Source: Eledone cirrhosa (Eukaryota). Taken from it: a DNA stretch of 64,000 bases. The stretch's first letter is position 1. Each line of letters opens with the position of its first letter. The position numbers and the translations under genes were made by a program. The notes under the pieces are model-generated. The model did no database searches. It was given only the letters and a program-made list of their open reading frames with translations, and was not told where the DNA came from. This document shows positions 58,570 through 64,000 of this stretch, piece by piece. The stretch is from the NCBI GenBank assembly GCA_964016885.1, contig OZ024740.1:334924001-334988000 (forward strand). The letters run 5' to 3'.

Positions 58570-59540
58570 TGATCTTCAGGCACTTATTCCTAGAAAATTC
58601 GTAGAATCAGAGTCCTCGTGCATGCATTCCAGTATATCCTGTAGAAGCAAATGTCTCAAATTGATCCGGCTGGATCTTCAAGAGAAACCTGCCGACCTCA
58701 TCGGTGAAATACATCCATCACTCATGAACAGAGTCCCGAGATACTTAAGTGGAACTTCCCCACGCGTACAGTGTACTGTGAAGGCTTCCTTGAGAGGTTT
58801 CTCAGTCTTCGTAATAATGATATTCATTCCTGTTCTGCAGTCAGCAAATCTATCATGAGTATGTCGGAGATCATCTTCTGACGACATAATTAATACTATA
58901 TTATTCGCAAATTACACACATCTGATCGTAAAACCGCCAGACTTGATACCATTTTTAACCCACCTGCGCATGACAATCCTATGAACAGGAGAAATGACAA
59001 TACGGATCCTTGTTAGAGTTCGATCCCTATTTTGAATAGTGTTGTTTTAGCCCAATTTATACGAAAAGAATTACTAGTGCATTAGTGAAGAGACATGCGG
59101 ACAATGTGAAGCTGTCCATCGATCGTTCACTCCTACAGAAGCTGCCACAATAGTTCCTGTGGATCGCGCTCATATATATGTTCGAGATCTATGATACAAG
59201 CATACACCTACTCGGAGATTCGCATCACTTTTCAACGTTCCGCCAGGTTTAGGAGATCAGCAAACTATTCTCTCCACCGCGCAATGATACACTTCACTGA
59301 AGAAAGCAGAATACCAGACCTGGTTCGGAGATTAGGTGTGGAGGAAGAATTATTATTATGAAGCCGGTAGATGGTCTATCAGGATACTTCATTAGCTGAT
59401 CTGAAGTCAGATTCAAGCTTAACCCCAAAGTACTCTCATGCCTTAGATTTCGACGTCTTTCCTGTCTCTTCTGCGTCATTCCACGCTTCTTCTACTGCAA
59501 GGAAAACTTATTTCAAAGCCATGTGTGCAAGCCTTTTTCT
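58570..59540 (-). mobile_element. Degenerate RTE-like LINE reverse transcriptase fragment
   Basis: Minus-strand remnants QGSVLS-LLF, SSEDDL--DRFA--GMNI--KT and KYLGTLFMSDG. Confidence 0.65.
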
Positions 59541-61105
59541 TTGCTTCGGTGGCATCTTTGACTGATTGGCTTGACACATACTTGGGAGCGATTCGACAGG
59601 GGGCCGATAACGAAAACCTGTTGATTTACAAACAGCATACATACACACATATAGACACGCACACACAAACACACACACGTACACAGACACATAACCATAT
59701 ACAGTATATATTATATTACATTCTATTATATTACGTCTTATTGTTTTATATCATATATATATATATATATATATACATATGTGTGTATGTGTGTAGGTGT
59801 GTCTGTGCGTTCGTGTGTGTGTATATATGTGTGTGTGTGTGTGTGTATCCCTCTGCGAACTCTTAGAGGCTGACACCGAGATCAGATGCTAGGGAGAAAA
59901 TAACCAAGGTTCTTTCTTTGCTGAGACAGAGCGGAGTATATTCGTTATTTGTTCGATATTTTCTCTCATTTATATTCATTACACTTGTCTACATTTTGCT
60001 GTAAATATTTCATATTATCAGAGTAACTTGCAAAAGATGCAAACACGTATATTCCATGATTCTCCTTGAATTGCTTTGGGGAAATAAATATATGAATGTT
60101 TTCAATAAAGGGTTAACATTCAGATAGTTTAATCAATAACTGCAACTATCTGATTAATTATGTGTATTTTAAAACTAATTTGCCGCAATTAAATATATCT
60201 GTTTTTTTTAAGCAAAACAACACACTAATCAGCTGCAATTATATTATATTAATAGCGAATTATTTAATATCAAGTATATAATGTACATATATATATATGT
60301 ATATTAAGTATGAATGTATATACGTACATGCACTTACAGAAGTATATGCGTGTGGATACGCCTATGTGTGTGTTTTCATTTCAACTTACTCGGAAAAAGT
60401 GAGATAGAGCTGCATAAAGATTTGCCTTGTTAATATGTTGTTTAGACATCAATCCAAGTTCTGACACATCTCAGAACAATTACGAAAGACATATTTAACA
60501 GTTCTCATATTTGTGTTGTCGGTTTCAAGTAATAATGTGCCATGCTCTCGACTCTCAACCAATTAACGAGCCTTGGTAATGGACACAACAAAATGTCGGT
60601 GCTATAAGATAATATACCTTTGGCTTGTTGTCAGATAACCTCCAGTCTCGATCGCTTGCAACAGATATTCATAAATTTTTAATGTCTATTACAAGTGGAA
60701 ATTCAAGAAAATGTTATTAAGAGCATGATTGATACAGCAGGATGCAGAATAATTTCAAAAGCATTTGTAAGATAATTGCTTCCCCTCTACCGCATGCAGG
60801 CAGGCCACTTATGGTAAAACAGCAAATATGGCGTTTTTGTTTTTTTATGATTCATATATTCATTACTTGCACCGTCATTTGTACTATGAATTATTCATTC
60901 AGAATAATTTAACATCAATCCTCTGTAAACAATTATTACAATTTTTACTTGAATCCTTAACTCACTCACTATTTTGCTGGCATAATTTACATATACCAGC
61001 TTTGATATTCAAATATATTTAACGGATAATGCCGTGTATTTACTTCTTATATGATGGGGGATATTCACCCTCTCTTTATATATATATATATATATATATA
61101 TAGAT

Positions 61106-61214
<109 letters not shown>

Positions 61215-62256
61215 GGCTCTAGGAAAATCATAGGCAAATAATACAATACAAAGATGATATAAATTAATTTGACACTTTATATTGTAGGAAAAGTATCTTA
61301 AAGTTTGGGACACTAGTCTTTCCTCGGAAAATAAAATGTGAGGGAGAAGAGTAAATGGGAAATATAGGAAAGTAAGGAAAGAAAGAAAACGGAATATTTT
61401 CAGGAAAACGATGTACGTGTAATTAGTCCACCTTTTGTGTAACTGGATTTCCGCACGAGTTACATGTTTTGAAGATTTGCTGCAGGGGAAACAAATATCG
61501 AGCATGTAGGAGTAAATGAGCGCCCGTGTGTGAGTGTGGTTGCTTCTTCGAAATATTTGTGAGTGTATGAATATGGTGGTGCACATTAGATTATGTCTGT
61601 GGTTGAGGGGGCTGTGGTTCATTCGTTGTTGTCATGTACGAGAGTGGCACGCGCTTCGGTAGATCGTCCTAGAAAGTTATAGAGACTGGCCTGTTAGGAG
61701 TGTGTGTAGGCATACAAATATGGATGTATGCGAATATGCTTACGCCCATACTTGAACTCGGTCAATATGATATACGTACATATACGTACACATAAAATCA
61801 CAAATATACAAGTGTAAAGCCGTATCACAGTTAATGAAGAGATAACACTAAATTGACATATGCATGCAGACCACCATGTCCCATGACAAATATATTCCCC
61901 GTTAACCGCAAATTATCACGCCTTGCGCTATGACAAGCCATATTAAGATGGGTTAGGTCCAAGGATCTCAGGAGGGACAGTACCAGGGTATGAAGAATAG
62001 CTCATAAATATAATTTTAATTATGGCTAAATTGTGAATCATATTACTTAGAACCTAACTGTTTTTTTTTCGTGTTCCTATGACAGCAAACGCGGAACTAC
62101 GAAACAAAAAGACGTAAATATATATGTACAGAGAGAGTAAGAATGAGAGAGTGAAAAAAGAGTAAAAGAGAGTTGTTGAGGAAGACGAGAAGACCAAAGA
62201 TTTGGGGAGTAATCAATATCTAGGGAGCTATAGAGTGGGTATAGTCATAGGTATAA

Positions 62257-62830
<574 letters not shown>

Positions 62831-63467
62831 ATATATATATGGGGGTGGCGTATTATCGTATTTTTATTACATATATATATATGTTTTACCGGCGTGTTGA
62901 GTCTAATATAGATTGTTGACTAACAATTTCTAAGAGTGAACATTTGATCCTTGTACCACTCAAATTTGAACCTCTAATTGGAAATAAATATCATTCAGAT
63001 TTTTTATACGAACATAACAATTCAGTTTTCGGTAATCAAATGACTAATGTTATAATCAGACTCTTAATAAAGTCTTATATAGATGCATAAAAGTAATTGG
63101 CATTCTATATTTCGTGAATATATAATGATTTATTTGCCCATGTGTAAGACCTCCATATTGTCAAACTATACACCATCTAGTCAGCATATTTCTGTTATTT
63201 AGCAGGAATCCTAAACTTAATCATATCAAAAGCTGTGAAGTTTCGTTGTCAATATGAACGCAATAATTATGTTGCTCATTGATTTATTGCAACACAGCCA
63301 CGATCAGCAGTTATATAATATTCATATAAATGAGCCAGAACAATGTTATTTATTGCTTTCCCATGACATACAACAATCCACTGTAGGATTAATACTAACT
63401 AGAATACTTCCATAAGAAATACGAAATGACAATTCATTCTGAACAATCGTTATGGTGATGCCCAAAC

Positions 63468-63547
<80 letters not shown>

Positions 63548-64000
63548 ATTGGTGCTCTGAAATAACAATGTATACATGAATGTATGTATAGTATATTTGG
63601 CAATATACCGTATGTTTAATTTTAAAACCTTTCGAAGATCATACGCTATCTGTTTTTAAGAAGTAAGTGACATAGTCACTACTTTAAAACCGATAGCGTA
63701 TGGTCTTCAAATTTTTTTTAATTAAACATACGGTATATTGCCAAATAGTATATATATATATGTTCAATTTCAATGTACTAAATCTGAACAAACACAAATT
63801 TAAAACAAACGAGAGTGGGGAATAAAATTTGGGATTACTTCCATGACTTCATCTTAATGCGTACCATGCATCTTAAAAGAAACATTAGCTATAATCCAAA
63901 TGCTAGACATAGTAAGACGTCTTATTTTATTAAATAAATTGGATATGAATTCTATGCAATATCCCAGACAGAGATATAATGTTACAGCGTGCTTTCATGT

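Noticed and set aside
60450-60600. Minus-strand peptide HGTLLLETDNTN..., loosely like the iGluR YAYLLEST segment
   Set aside because: Lacks the PC and KGYGIA motifs and ends in a stop; chance similarity.

Overview
AT-rich, microsatellite-dense eukaryotic DNA. The SINE, microsatellite and transposon content suggests a coleoid cephalopod such as Octopus (inference). Two minus-strand exons of an AMPA-like ionotropic glutamate receptor are recognisable: the S2 ('flip/flop-equivalent') exon at 47990-48095 and the M4 exon at 39605-39745, which appears to end at a non-canonical GC donor. The rest is non-coding, probably largely intronic, and holds many tRNA-derived SINEs, RTE and Dong/R4-type LINE fragments, a Chapaev-like DNA transposon, a non-autonomous Helitron and Penelope-like (GIY-YIG) remnants. 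The most notable signal is a ~467-bp non-coding, highly structured repeat carrying an intact minimal type I hammerhead ribozyme. It occurs as a tandem-plus-inverted array inside the S2-M4 intron (41411-42865) and as a circularly permuted copy at 62386-62830, always in (TA)n, and looks like a retrozyme or Penelope pLTR element. A second hammerhead family with a compensatory U3-A8 core and several fold-back elements lie nearby. Almost all ORF-track entries are microsatellite artefacts.
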